Assembly: GCA_030704615.1 (NCBI GenBank)
Contig: CM060732.1
Location: 49,476,001 to 49,540,000 of the forward strand
Direction: 5' to 3'
Origin: Takakia lepidozioides
Taxonomy: Eukaryota > Plantae > Bryophyta
Length of the DNA stretch: 64,000 bases
This document shows positions 26,562-37,519 of this stretch, piece after piece. The position numbers were made by a program, and so were the translations under genes. The stretch's first letter is position 1. The number at the start of each line of letters is the position of its first letter. Under the pieces are notes generated by a model. It was not told the DNA's origin, made no database searches, and worked only from the letters and a program-made list of their open reading frames with translations.

Positions 26562-27308
26562 CTAGTGTTGGCATCTGCCCCGCTGGGCAGCTGCAATACC
26601 CCCAATGAATGTCACAGGGAGCTGTGCACGGCGACCATCCCCTGACTGCCATCCAGGCCTGTAGGATGCTGACTCCTCCCAGAAATCCAGGGTGAAGCCC
26701 ATGGGGTATAACACTGCCCCACCAACGAGGACATCGTAAGAGACCGCGTCTGTCACAATGGCCTTGGCTCGCATCACTGAGCCATCTACAGGATGATCCG
26801 GCTGCAGTCTAATAGCCAACTGATGTCGTGTCATGCCGCGAGCCTGCTCTGATCCTCCCAGAGATGTCTGTATCTGGAAAGGACAAGGCTCCATATCCGC
26901 CTCCATGAGGCCCAAACCTGCAATAGCAGCTCTGCCCAACATCAGTGGCTGAGCTCCTGAGTCCAACAAGACCCGCAGTGGCCGGTACTTCTTGCCTGCC
27001 GGTCCACTCAAAGTGAAAATGCCTCCCTGGTTGTCTAACAAGACAACTCCAGGTGTCACCATGGCGCGCTCAATGGCTGGCCTAGCTGGCAGCTCCGTCA
27101 ACCTAGCAGCTGCAGCTTGCCAGGGCGCTGCCGTGGCAGTCTTGACCCTCAAATCCGAGGATCCCTCTGCCACTACACCTTCCACTAACTCCGCAGAAGA
27201 TGAAGTGACCTCCCCACTCTCACAGAGTGTTGCTGCTAGTCTGAACACTGCAGCTGGTCTCACCCCGGCGTCGCAATCATTGTTGCCGAGAACAGTGGGG
27301 CCTGACAC
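26562..27308 (-). CDS. Aspartic protease domain
   Basis: LRVLLDSGAQ active site and YDVLVGG (ILG-like) motif. Confidence 0.85.
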   Translation of the reverse strand: MSGPTVLGNNDCDAGVRPAAVFRLAATLCESGEVTSSSAELVEGVVAEGSSDLRVKTATAAPWQAAAARLTELPARPAIERAMVTPGVVLLDNQGGIFTLSGPAGKKYRPLRVLLDSGAQPLMLGRAAIAGLGLMEADMEPCPFQIQTSLGGSEQARGMTRHQLAIRLQPDHPVDGSVMRAKAIVTDAVSYDVLVGGAVLYPMGFTLDFWEESASYRPGWQSGDGRRAQLPVTFIGGIAAAQRGRCQH

Positions 27309-27363
27309 ACAGAGGTGGCTGCCCCCAATAACACACCGGCCGCACTAGCCTTGGCAGCAGGAG

Positions 27364-29196
27364 TCAATGCTGCACGTGTAGCTCTCCCAATGGCATAGAA
27401 CTCCGCCTCGGTAACAGTCGGGCGAGAACTAGGTGCCATGGATGGCGTTGACACAGTCTCCGCCAATGTGAATGACTGAGGAAGCCTTGCCTGACGGCTT
27501 GCCTCCCACACTGTGGATCCAATTCCACCTCTGCACCTCGTGGCTCAGGAACTCGTGCTGCTCCTCGAGTCACGGCTGCAGCAGACTCCACCTGCTCTAG
27601 TGGTAGTGCTGCTCCGCACATAAATCCCATGCCTCCCATATCTCCTCCCTCAGGAGCAGGAGGTGGACCATCCCGCCTGGGAGCCGGTACCGCCTGAGCT
27701 ATAGCCATGGCAGCGAGCCTCTGCTCTAGCTGCTGAAGCCGGTTGGCCATGCCTTGATCAACGCCCTGACCTCCGCGTCCTTGGCCATGTTGAGCTTGCC
27801 CTTGGCCTGCACCTCGTGCCCGACCACCTCGTCCTCTCTGGGCTGGTCCACCTCGCCCCCGGCCACCATTGTTCCCTTGGAACTGGCCTGGGCGCAACTC
27901 AGGATGCAAGTCATAACACTGGGCATCTCCATGCCCATACTTGCCACAATGCCCACACTGCAACTGTGCAGGCTGTGCTTGTGCCGGCCTTCTGCCACTC
28001 TCTGGGCAATCTCTCTTGACATGGGGTCCTCCACATGTCCAACATATCACCCCTGGTTGCTGTTGGCCTGCAAAAGATGCCACGGGCCTCTGCACCTGAG
28101 GCCCCCTGTAAGCCATGGAACTTGGGCTGGGCAACCTTGCCCCCCTGACCACGCTGTTGGGCAGTCCCTTGTGCTTGTGGGCTGACAGCTGTGCCCCGTA
28201 CAGGCATGTCCTTGCCAAATCCAATTGTAACAACTCGTTCCTCCACCATGTTGAGCTCAATCCGCTCAGCCAGCAGAAACACATCTGCTAATGTGGGTTG
28301 GGCTGCTTGTAACAGGGTTGCATCTCGCACCCTTCTCTTGAGCTCCTTGTCCAGAATTCCATACCAAAACTGGATTGCCTGAGCTTCAGTAACCCCTTGG
28401 GTCACACTTATCAAGCGCCTCATACGAGTGTACGCCTCTCGCAGGCTCTCACTGGGTTTGCGCTGGAAGTCTTGCAAACTTCGCAGCTTCTCTGTCCGTA
28501 CACCTTGGTAGTTCCTCCGCAACTCCTGGAAGAACCACCGGGTTGAATCTAGGCACATGTGTTGTAGTGTGGCAGGAGGAGTAGTAGCACCTTTGAACTG
28601 GTACCACCTGCAGAAGTACCAGCACTACCTGCTCCACTACTAGTGCTGGCAGTGGGAGCTATTGGTACTGATGCAGCTACTGGTCGCGTCGTGCCTCGAG
28701 TAATGGAGATGTAGTCAGGTGACCAATACATCCTCCACTCCTCAATCTCTGCTTCATGTCCTCGCCTGAACTCGTGGTAATCGTCCATAGGCGGGCCTTC
28801 CAAATGCTGGAACAGTCCCTTCCACGCCATGAATGGGGTGAATAGATGTGGATTGCGCATCTGCTGCAAATCACACCAGCTGTCGAACTCCTGGATAAAG
28901 TCATCCAACTCGATTGTGCCCACAGCTCCAGAGTACCTACGAGGCCCCTTGGTAGCTCCATACATCTCCTCCATGTCGTCCCACAACAATGGCGAATGAA
29001 AGTGCACACCTGTTGATGAAGCCTCCGAGTCTGTGTCTGACTCTACAGTAATTGAGGGTGGCGGTGAAGGTGGTCTGAACCGAATACCTCGTCTTGTGAA
29101 CCCACTCTCACTGTTACTGCCTGTAGCCGTACTCCCCTCAAAACCCTTGGGTAACTCCGTAATGACACTCACAATGTGCACCTCCTCCAGTGACAC
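27364..29196 (-). CDS. gag: Gag with two zinc knuckles (frameshifted)
   Basis: Major-homology-like region FQRKPSESLREAYTRMRRL; knuckles CWTCGGPHVKRDC and CGHCGKYGHGDAQC. Confidence 0.85.
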
Positions 29197-29695
29197 TATA
29201 AGGCTCTAGTACTAATCTAATAGTGACACGGGTGGGCACCTGTTGCAGTCTAAGGGTCATATCCCAGTGGCTCAGGGCACCTGCACCTGCATCCACCGCA
29301 AGAACTCCTATGGTTGGCTGGTCATCAACCCAGCCTCACCATAGAAGAAACACTGGTGGTTGCTGGTCATCACTCCAGCCTCACCACCGACAGCATACTC
29401 TAGGATTGACCGGTGATCAAATCCGGCCTAATCCCTATGAAAGCAAGCGCCCACACAAAACCAACATGGCGCACAGTCAAGCATGCAGGTGTTGGGGGGG
29501 ATCCAAACACAAGAAATCAAAACATCAACACCCCCACACCAAAATCCAGCTGCAATGCTGATCCTGCAGAATATCCCAGCCCAAAACCCCGGACTGACTG
29601 GCCTCCACCAAGAGAGGCTTTGGCAACTACAAGTATAAGGTAATGAAAATAGTACAGAGATGGAGGGGAAGAATAGAAGCCCGCCCAAGCAAGAT

Positions 29696-30340
29696 CTAAC
29701 CCTGATATGCTATCAACTTCCAGACTTCTCTCAAAGTACCTCGCTCTGCTTGATGGTAAGGTGTAGGAGGTATATCTATGTCCAGAAACCTGCCACTAAC
29801 CTTGTCCCAAGCTACAGTAGCTCGCTCTAACCAACCCTCCTCCTCTTTCTGCCAGGTAGAGACAAAGCAACACTCTGCTATCTCCCGCTCACTGAACACT
29901 AAAGAAAACAAAGGTAGGGTCTGATAGTCTCTCAACTCGAAAGCTTTGAGACGGTTTGGTGTCTTCATTGCGAATGACTGCATCGCCTTCAAACAGAACA
30001 AACTTGTCCTCGCTAATGAACCCCGCTCGTGGTTGTTGCAGAGCGTGTCCGACTGCAACACTGTCTAATTGCACAAACTTGTGCAGCTCCTGCTCCTCTG
30101 CTCCAGTACACCACGGCCTTGTGGCTGAACACCTTGGTCCCCGGTGCTGTCTTTGGCTGTGTTCCAAGCCTAGCTTTCACCCACTTTGGTATTTCACCTA
30201 CAGCTGCAGAACTGCTGCTCCAACAGAGTTCTGACTGTCCAAGGCGATATTGAGGCCCTCAATGCCAACTACAGCAGTCTGTTGTCTACTGCTAATGCCT
30301 GACTCCAGTATGCAATCAACTCGTCCAACTGTTCTCCACT
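29696..30340 (-). pseudogene. Unidentified degenerate ORF upstream of gag (element sense)
   Basis: 121-aa ORF 29696-30061 plus interrupted upstream coding-like sequence; no recognised motif. Confidence 0.3.
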
Positions 30341-31000
30341 CAAATCAGTCTGAGTTCCTTGGGAAACATAAATCCTGTCCCCTTGTGTGCACAGGCTAAG
30401 AGAAGAGACCTGCCTTCAATTACGTCCTCATTTCCCCCAGCCATGCAAGGAGTACATCCACAGGTTTGTCTCTCATATAGGCCAGCACAGGTTCTAGAAA
30501 CAGGATTGTGGATATTTCGTGGCACACTCACACTCTAAAAATTCCATAGATTTTTAGCAGAGTCCCAAAAAACAGAAACCAGGTCTAGATAGGTAGATTC
30601 CCTTTGCAGCTATCCCCTCAAAAACTGTGTCAAACAGAGTTCATTTGCCAAAGATATGACCAATTAGGCTCTAAATCCTTTAACTTAGATCAAAAGGGTT
30701 TTTTCTTTTTTCTTTTTCTTTTTCTTTTCTTTTCAAATTTAAAAATTCAAAGGAAGGTGAGAAGCTCTTTGGAAACTTCCCCTATCCTTACATGCTTTTC
30801 CACCTGGGTCATGCTTCTCCCTGCATGGGGTGGAATTTGCATATGCTTATCAGCGTTGGAGAGGGCGGCAAGAGCGGACGTACTGATTGCGGGCGTACAG
30901 AGCTGAAGGATGGGCTTTAGGGGCTATGGCGGCTGTCTCAATGCAGGTTGTAGCGGAAGTCTCCTGCTCGACTCTGTGGCAGTCGGGCTTTCTGGCGGGT

Positions 31001-31198
31001 TCCAATGTGCAGATGGTTACCACCTCCATGGGGATGCTCAATAGGGTTCATGGCCACACCCCGCACCTTAGTCCAGCTATTGCGCTTCACCTTGTACTTG
31101 TGATATGCACACCTTCAGCATAGTCTACTCTGTTCGGCCCCTTCCAGCAACTGCCCTACCATCGCTCGGCATCCGCTTGGTATAACCTTCTTTGCTCC
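31001..31198 (-). pseudogene. RPL8: Captured fragment of 60S ribosomal protein L8 (uL2)
   Basis: GAKKVIPSGCRAMVG...[36 protein letters not shown], read across small indels. Confidence 0.88.
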
Positions 31199-31656
31199 CT
31201 TAGTGAGAAGGATGTATCTTTTGTGCTCGTTGCATTTCGTGTCCAATTACTCCATCTACGTTGAGGATCAAAGAGAAAGCAACGACACCTGCTCGTCAAG
31301 CGAGCACTCAACACAGCACGAAGTGCGGCAGCGAGCTGGAATGAGCACAAGGCCCAGGCTACGTTGTTCCATAGGCGGGGGCTCCTTCATCACTGATGCA
31401 GAGGGGCAGGAATTTGCCTGAACTCCAGAGTGTCATACAAAATTATGTTCCCTTGTTTGTCCAGACAATGAAATTTCTCCACAAACACTCGTCCGTCCTC
31501 TACTCCCACACGCAGCCTGCGATACAGAAGCTTCCGCGCCCGCTTCACAATGGGCTTCACCGTCTCCACTCCCTGCTCCTCCTGCTTCTCTTCTCTACCT
31601 TCTTCTGCTGCAGCCGTCCACTTTGTTGGAGTAGGATCCCCTCCTCGGGTCGAAGG

Positions 31657-31927
31657 ATGGCGTCTTCGGACCTGATCTGGTTGTTGGTAAAGAACAGCAA
31701 CAAGTTTTTGGTGAAGAGGAACGGCAATGGCAATGCCTCTGTGACATTCAGCTCTGAGCCGAACAATTGTATGACTTGAACACGTTCCAATATTCAGGGC
31801 TTGCCAATAAGAAGACAGTGGCTGTTGCCTAAGCTGGTGAGGGTCTATCAGTTGTGCTTGCCACCACCAAAACTAAGAAGGTGAACCAGCCCTCAGTTTC
31901 AGTTCACCGATCACACTAAAGAAGGAT
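31657..31927 (+). pseudogene. RPL28: Captured uninterrupted 5' fragment of 60S ribosomal protein L28 (eL28) with its UTR
   Basis: MASSDLIWLLVKNSNKFLVKRNGNG..VTFSSEPNN / YSGLANKKTV..VVLATTKTKK.NQP, preceded by a pyrimidine-rich leader. Confidence 0.88.
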
Positions 31928-32561
31928 GTCATCTGGCGTTGCTGTAAATCCATCGCGAGCAATGAGACCAGCTGCAATGTCGTCTCGACATGCTCTAATT
32001 CCCTGACTATTGACTGTAAGCACCCGTGGCTTGGCCTGGTATACTTTCAGGAATTCGCCAATATTGCAATACACAATACTTGATCACCTTGCTGACACGG
32101 AGAGGAAAAAATCATGCATTCATGCAGGAAGCAAACAGCCTGCCCCACAGCCCGCCTCATGGCTACCGCTCTCCGGTGCAACGTCCAGCAATGCTTCCAG
32201 CCCTCAGACTGCCATCAACACCGAAGTTGCGCATGGAAAATCGCTCCTGCAAAAAGCGCCTCTGCTCGCAACAACCTCAAGTGTGCAGCCAGCTTCTCCT
32301 CATCTCCACTGCCCACTGCTTTCTTCAATTTCGGAAAGGCAGTCGCAGCCATGCTTGCTGGATTGCACCGACTCCCTCTTTGTCTATCCTCTTTGTTATT
32401 GCTGCTACTTGACCCCATTCTCAGATATAGCCACATGTTGACAAAAAATTGCAGCAACATCTCAAGCCTCCCGTTTCTGCTCCCCGTGACCAAGCTATAT
32501 TATAATAGTGCTTAAAAAACAAAAACATCATATCTAGCTTAGCACTGGAAAACTAGATAGA

Positions 32562-32577
32562 GCTCATCTTTCTCGAG
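32562..32577 (-). promoter_or_regulatory. Self-priming PBS of copy 1
   Basis: GCTCATCTTTCTCGAG abuts the LTR and is the exact reverse complement of 32761-32776 within the LTR. No TGG tRNA-type PBS is present. Confidence 0.8.
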
Positions 32578-32926
32578 TGATAGAAAACCCACGAACACAC
32601 TGGTTACACAAACATGAAAAACCAAACCATCACTCTTTAAAACAGTAGTCGAGCCAGGGGCACCCCAAGCTATGGGGACTCCACCCCACAACAACCTACA
32701 CTCCCATCATGAGTACACTCAGACCTAAACGCATGCAGGAGTTCGGTCGCGCAGGCTCAACTCGAGAAAGATGAGCCGCGCGACTGCCGCTCTCGTGAAG
32801 ATAAGACGGACCAGGTGTCAAACTAAACTTGACACCTGATTTAACACTTGACCTAAATCCAAGTGTTAAATACAAATAACTAGTTTTATTCTAGCTGTTT
32901 TCACACTGTGCTTATTTAACTTGACA
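32578..32926 (-). repeat. Terminal repeat L (5' copy)
   Basis: TGATAGAAAA...AACTTGACA. Identical to 21253-21600 except for two A-run lengths and the terminal base. Confidence 0.93.
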
Positions 32927-32978
32927 CCTCCGCTGGACCTGTTTATATCCGGTTTTTTGATTTTTGCAGCTCCTCCGG

Positions 32979-33001
32979 ATATATATATATATATATATAT
33001 A
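32979..33001. repeat. (TA)n microsatellite
   Basis: Direct observation. Confidence 0.9.
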
Positions 33002-34189
33002 ATCGGTCTAATAACATGCGGTTATAAACGGCCAAAGTTCATAACCGCCCAACACTGGTCCAAACTATGGGACACTCCATAGCCAAATCCTTGAAACTTA
33101 ACACTCATGCGCTATTGGCCCGTCCCCCAAAAAAAATGCTTGTGGGACTATTCTATACATTCCTACCAGAGGGTCTTAATCTTCATTAGTTGAGAAGGTA
33201 AAGGAACCACAACCAGTAAAAAAAAATTCCCTACAAAGAGCAAGGGGCAATTTTGTACGATAAAGCACTTAAAAATTGTCCAACAATCTTTATTGAAGAT
33301 TTTAATATCAAACTTCAGAAACCCATTGTGGTTGAATCCATGTGCATCATATCATGAGAAACTGAATGGGCACGCTCAGAGACAATGAATGGAAGCTAAC
33401 ATGATGCTATAACCACAACTCTTCTAGAATGTATGCAACTGCTTGCATATCATGTTGGTTTTTATAGCGATCACTTGCTTTGCGACAAAACAAGAAAATA
33501 AGTTCAAAGATCATACAAGCGTAAAAATCAGCTGAAAAGATCATTTTTTGGAGGTTGTTTTCTTTTGGGGGAGCTGTACGTATGATGTTGGTTGTATACA
33601 TCACAGTACATGTAATCATGTTGATCTTATATACACTGAATTCAATGAATCGCAAGTGTCAATTTTGTTTTGCTGCAGCCTGAGTTACGGTCACATGATG
33701 AGGCAACCATCGGCAAATAACATAGAGATGATTCCAAAGGTGAATACTGTAGTCTATCCCCTTTACATGTAAATGAAAAGTGGAGAGGGGGTGGAGATGA
33801 GGATACCGAGTCGGTTTTTCACGCGTTCATCATGTTTTGGCAACAGCCGGTGTGACGAACGACAACCGCGACATGATATCATCGACAGGCGGAGCAGGGG
33901 TCTCGAGCAGAGTCTCGTTGATGTATTCAATGATCTCGTAGCGGATGTCTAACGCGTCATCTCTGCTGATACTTCTGAAATCGTCGTAGTCATCGTCCGA
34001 TGTCACCGATGAGTCTTTGTCCCGGGCTATGTAACGTAGTAGGCGCATTCCCATTTGGCCTTTTGCTCGGCACAATGTTTTTTTTGCGTCGATTTACATC
34101 TTCCGTTTCGTTACATGCCCGGTGGAAGTGGTCGCAGCTACAGTTTTACACATATGGTTATTTTGGACAATTCTGCTTCACACAGACAA

Positions 34190-34480
34190 GGGGAAATGAA
34201 AGAACTTTCTACGAGGGTTTATGGGAATGGTGAAGCTAAAGAGCCGTGACAGTGGGAAATGCAAGGATCACAAGAGCTCAATGAGGCGTTGCTTGATCCT
34301 AAACATGCCACAAAGATACTGGAAGTAGTTCAACAGTTGTATGGTGACATGATATTAGACGAAACGAGGTATGGCTTCCTGACCAACTTCAATCAAACAG
34401 TATTTTTCAGACGAACAACCGATGTTCTAGACAAGACATTAGAGTTTTCACTTGTCGTTTCAATTGGGAATGCCCCCAAT
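34190..34480 (+). pseudogene. Degenerate PD-(D/E)xK-like domain of Crinkler/fungal-kinase-associated type
   Basis: GEAKEP*Q...QQLYGDM...YGFLTNFNQTVFFRR pattern, with an in-frame stop. Confidence 0.4.
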
Positions 34481-36054
34481 TGAAGCATATGTGTTCGTTT
34501 TGGTTCAAGCGCACAGTGATAGAGATTTGAAGCAACATCTTCAAAGAGCGCTTGTTCCCGCCACTCCAACAACAGATTATGATTTGCAAGTACCCAATAG
34601 CTCTCATTGTCACTTTTGGAATCAATGGGGATCTGAGAGTCCGTCCTCTTGAGCTCTTCTTGATTAGTGAAGATTCATGCACACAGAGTTTTACACAACG
34701 ACCTGAAACTTTCACACGTTCGGCTGTCGAAAGGGAATGCAAAGTTTATCGATTTCGATGCAAGTTCGACCTCAAGCAACCCTCAAGATCTCGAGGATGA
34801 GGATCGAGTAATGGAAGAGTTGTTAGAGACTTGATGTCACCGTCATCATGGTGTTGGATTTCGGGTCGACCATATATTGACATATCATTTTGTGCAGTTT
34901 GACTGTGTCGTCATCGGTAGGTTTTTGTTCGAGCGAATTGAAATGCAGGAATCGCCTCCCTATTTCCCATACGATCAGACTCCAATGATTCCTGCCAACG
35001 AAATTAGACTTGGTTGTCAGAGTTGAGTGTCATGCGCAAATCTCATCATGTACGTCCAAGGGGCTGGTAGGTACGTAGCAATTACCTGGCAAGCACAGGG
35101 AAAAGAACGGCCTGCACGCCGCTCAAATCGAACGAGGGCGTTGCGTCTGCGATGTCTTCGGGTTTCCTGATCAGGTAGGTTCTCGCCACTCGGAAAGGGA
35201 GTTTCTCCTCCGTCTTCTTCCAACGCCGATGACGATATATCCGTCGATACCATGCATTGCATACCGTTTTTTTTTCAAGCTGTTGATCAAAACCTCCAAT
35301 TTCCAATATTTGATTTTTTTAACTTTCAATCAACATCATCTTACCTGACATCTTTTCACCAAGACACGTATGGCCGATATTGTGGCACAATTTTTTCGTG
35401 CTACGAAGTACATCATCTTCATTACGTAAAATGGTTGTAGGAGGAAGTAACAACAACTCATATCTAAATGAATCAATTGCCAAATAAAGTGTATTGTTGT
35501 CACTTGAGGTAATACTTATAATTGTACATACATGCATTACGATAACTGAGAAATACAAACATGGAAGCTTATAAATTAGAAACTACATCACGAACTGTCT
35601 TATCTTTTTCCTCAAACCAGCCACATGTGTCTCCCGATCAGTGATTTATGACTATCAAAATTTGAAAATGACACCACAAAGTACAGATTGACAAATTTGT
35701 TTACATGCTCAAAACAATGAAGAGTGACGGTGCAAAAAGACTAAGTATAGACTTTGTATTCATGTAGAACCTTGGCCAATAATACATACCATCCATTTCA
35801 TTATTTATGAGAAACCATTCATTTGAATATCACTTTGCCTTAACGATGTGGTAGATAAGACTGCTTGCAAATGGAGGTAGGTAAGCTTGCAATTGCTTTA
35901 ATCTAAATTTTCATTTACACCTCAACATCAATATGTTGTGTGAATAGATTTAAAGCTTTCAAATATGGCCACATATGCATTTTGTTGGAGACTTGGGCTC
36001 TAGGGTTGAATTCATGTCTTGATTTCTTCTTATGTACTTTGCATAAAATTTCAC

Positions 36055-36497
36055 AACATTTTTTTTAACAACAAATTGAGAAGTAAACACTGTTTTATTT
36101 TTATTATATTCTCAATGAATTACACCTAAGTAGCATAGAAATAGCTAAACTCATCAAAGACGTCCATAACTGATCCAACGGCTTGTATGACATTGTCCAT
36201 GTATGTTTGTTATGTACATGTATATTCAAAATGTGTTCATAGAATGCAACAAAGTTCATTTGAGCATCATTGTTAGATGTACGAGCACATTCATGCGTCA
36301 AAAAACCTATACAAGAGGTTTTACATGGTCATCCTTATGAAAATAGATAATCCATTATTTAAGATGCGGTGGCTTGTTTGCATTTTGAGGTGCCTCAACT
36401 TATTAAGTCAACAATGACATAATCAATTGTCTCATGTAGTGTTGGTAGGTGCAACCAATCCTATTGCAATTATTCACAATTCAAAAGATATCGTTGA
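36055..36497. repeat. Repeat whose inverted paralog is at 57949-58392
   Basis: About 440 bp of high-similarity reverse-complement match. This copy continues uninterrupted (TCGTTGA|TCATTGAG). Confidence 0.88.
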
Positions 36498-37140
36498 TCA
36501 TTGAGTAGTATGTAGTCATCTCTCTCATTTCATGTCAAAGGTTGATAAACGATCACCACCCATGCCACAAGATCAACAATCAATGAGAAGTTTTTTTTTT
36601 TTGGCAAGAAACAAGCAAAAACTTGGAAAACTTTGGAAAGGTGTATCAAAACTCCCAAATGTGTTTTTTGTTTCAACCATGATGTTTTTAATTCATTAAA
36701 AAATTTAGGACCGCCAGAAAAAAATGATTATGAAGAACAAAGTTTTACTTTACTTAGAATTTTATGTAGAGATATCTCCTGCACCACTTGACACCATAGA
36801 AATCAATTCTGAAGGCAAAAAAGTGGACACAGAATGCACATATATACATCATAAAGCATATCTATACACGCCAAATAAATTTTATTAGATTATAAAAGAT
36901 AGTTGTGTGATCAACAACGCCAATGCAAATACTAGTTGATCATCAATTTGGAAAACAAGATTGTCAACAACACGTGTATTTGTCATTACTATGCAAATCA
37001 AATACATAAAAAATGTCTCAATACGTGTTCATTAGTTACAATAATAATTGGATCTTAAAAATCCATACAAAATGTAAAATATAATGTAAAATATTTGACT
37101 CCAATATGTTTGCAAATAAAAGACTATCAACTGAAATAGA

Positions 37141-37149
37141 ATATATATG

Positions 37150-37213
<64 letters not shown>
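37141..37213. repeat. (TA)n(GA)n microsatellite
   Basis: Direct observation. Confidence 0.95.
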
Positions 37214-37216
<3 letters not shown>

Positions 37217-37519
37217 CCTGGGAGCAACAACCCATAATTCAGGCCCTTGAGAAGGGGGAATAATTTTCCCTGTTCTGTTAAAAAAAAAGGGTAATTAAGC
37301 GACATACCACAATTTAATTACATCGATATTGATGTTATGCAACAAACTGATAATTCATCGTGTGGCGTATTTGATGCCACACATATAACATTCGATTTAA
37401 GTCCAATTAATTTAAGATACACAAGTTATTTATAGAACACATGTGAGAGATTGCGTAAACGATCGAAAAATAAATCTATTTCCAAAACAACATTCATAAT
37501 ATAAATCTATATATTAAGA

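Larger units (their letters stand above)
21165..32926 (-). mobile_element. Full-length Ty3/Gypsy retrotransposon encoding a C5 DNA methyltransferase and an integrase-PHD (copy 1)
   Basis: Ends TGTC...GACA with 4-bp TSD CCTC (21161-21164, 32927-32930). Near-identical 349-bp repeats. Domain order Gag-PR-DNMT-RT-RH-INT-PHD. Confidence 0.93.
20561..33057. mobile_element. hAT-type MITE (about 730 bp), split by the retrotransposon at 21165-32926
   Basis: 17-bp TIR CAGTGTTGGGCGGTTAT / ATAACCGCCCAACACTG. 8-bp TSD GTCCAAAC (20553-20560, 33058-33065). CCGG/AACCG subterminal motifs on both arms. Confidence 0.92.

Noticed and set aside
31200-31270. RPS3a fragment (GVIGHEMQRAQKIHP)
   Set aside because: Similarity too weak and short to support.
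21253-32926. Conventional LTR element bounded by the two L repeats
   Set aside because: No TSD at those boundaries, no PPT next to the 3' L, and the 3' L lacks its terminal CA. The TSD and inverted ends fit only when the outer B is included.
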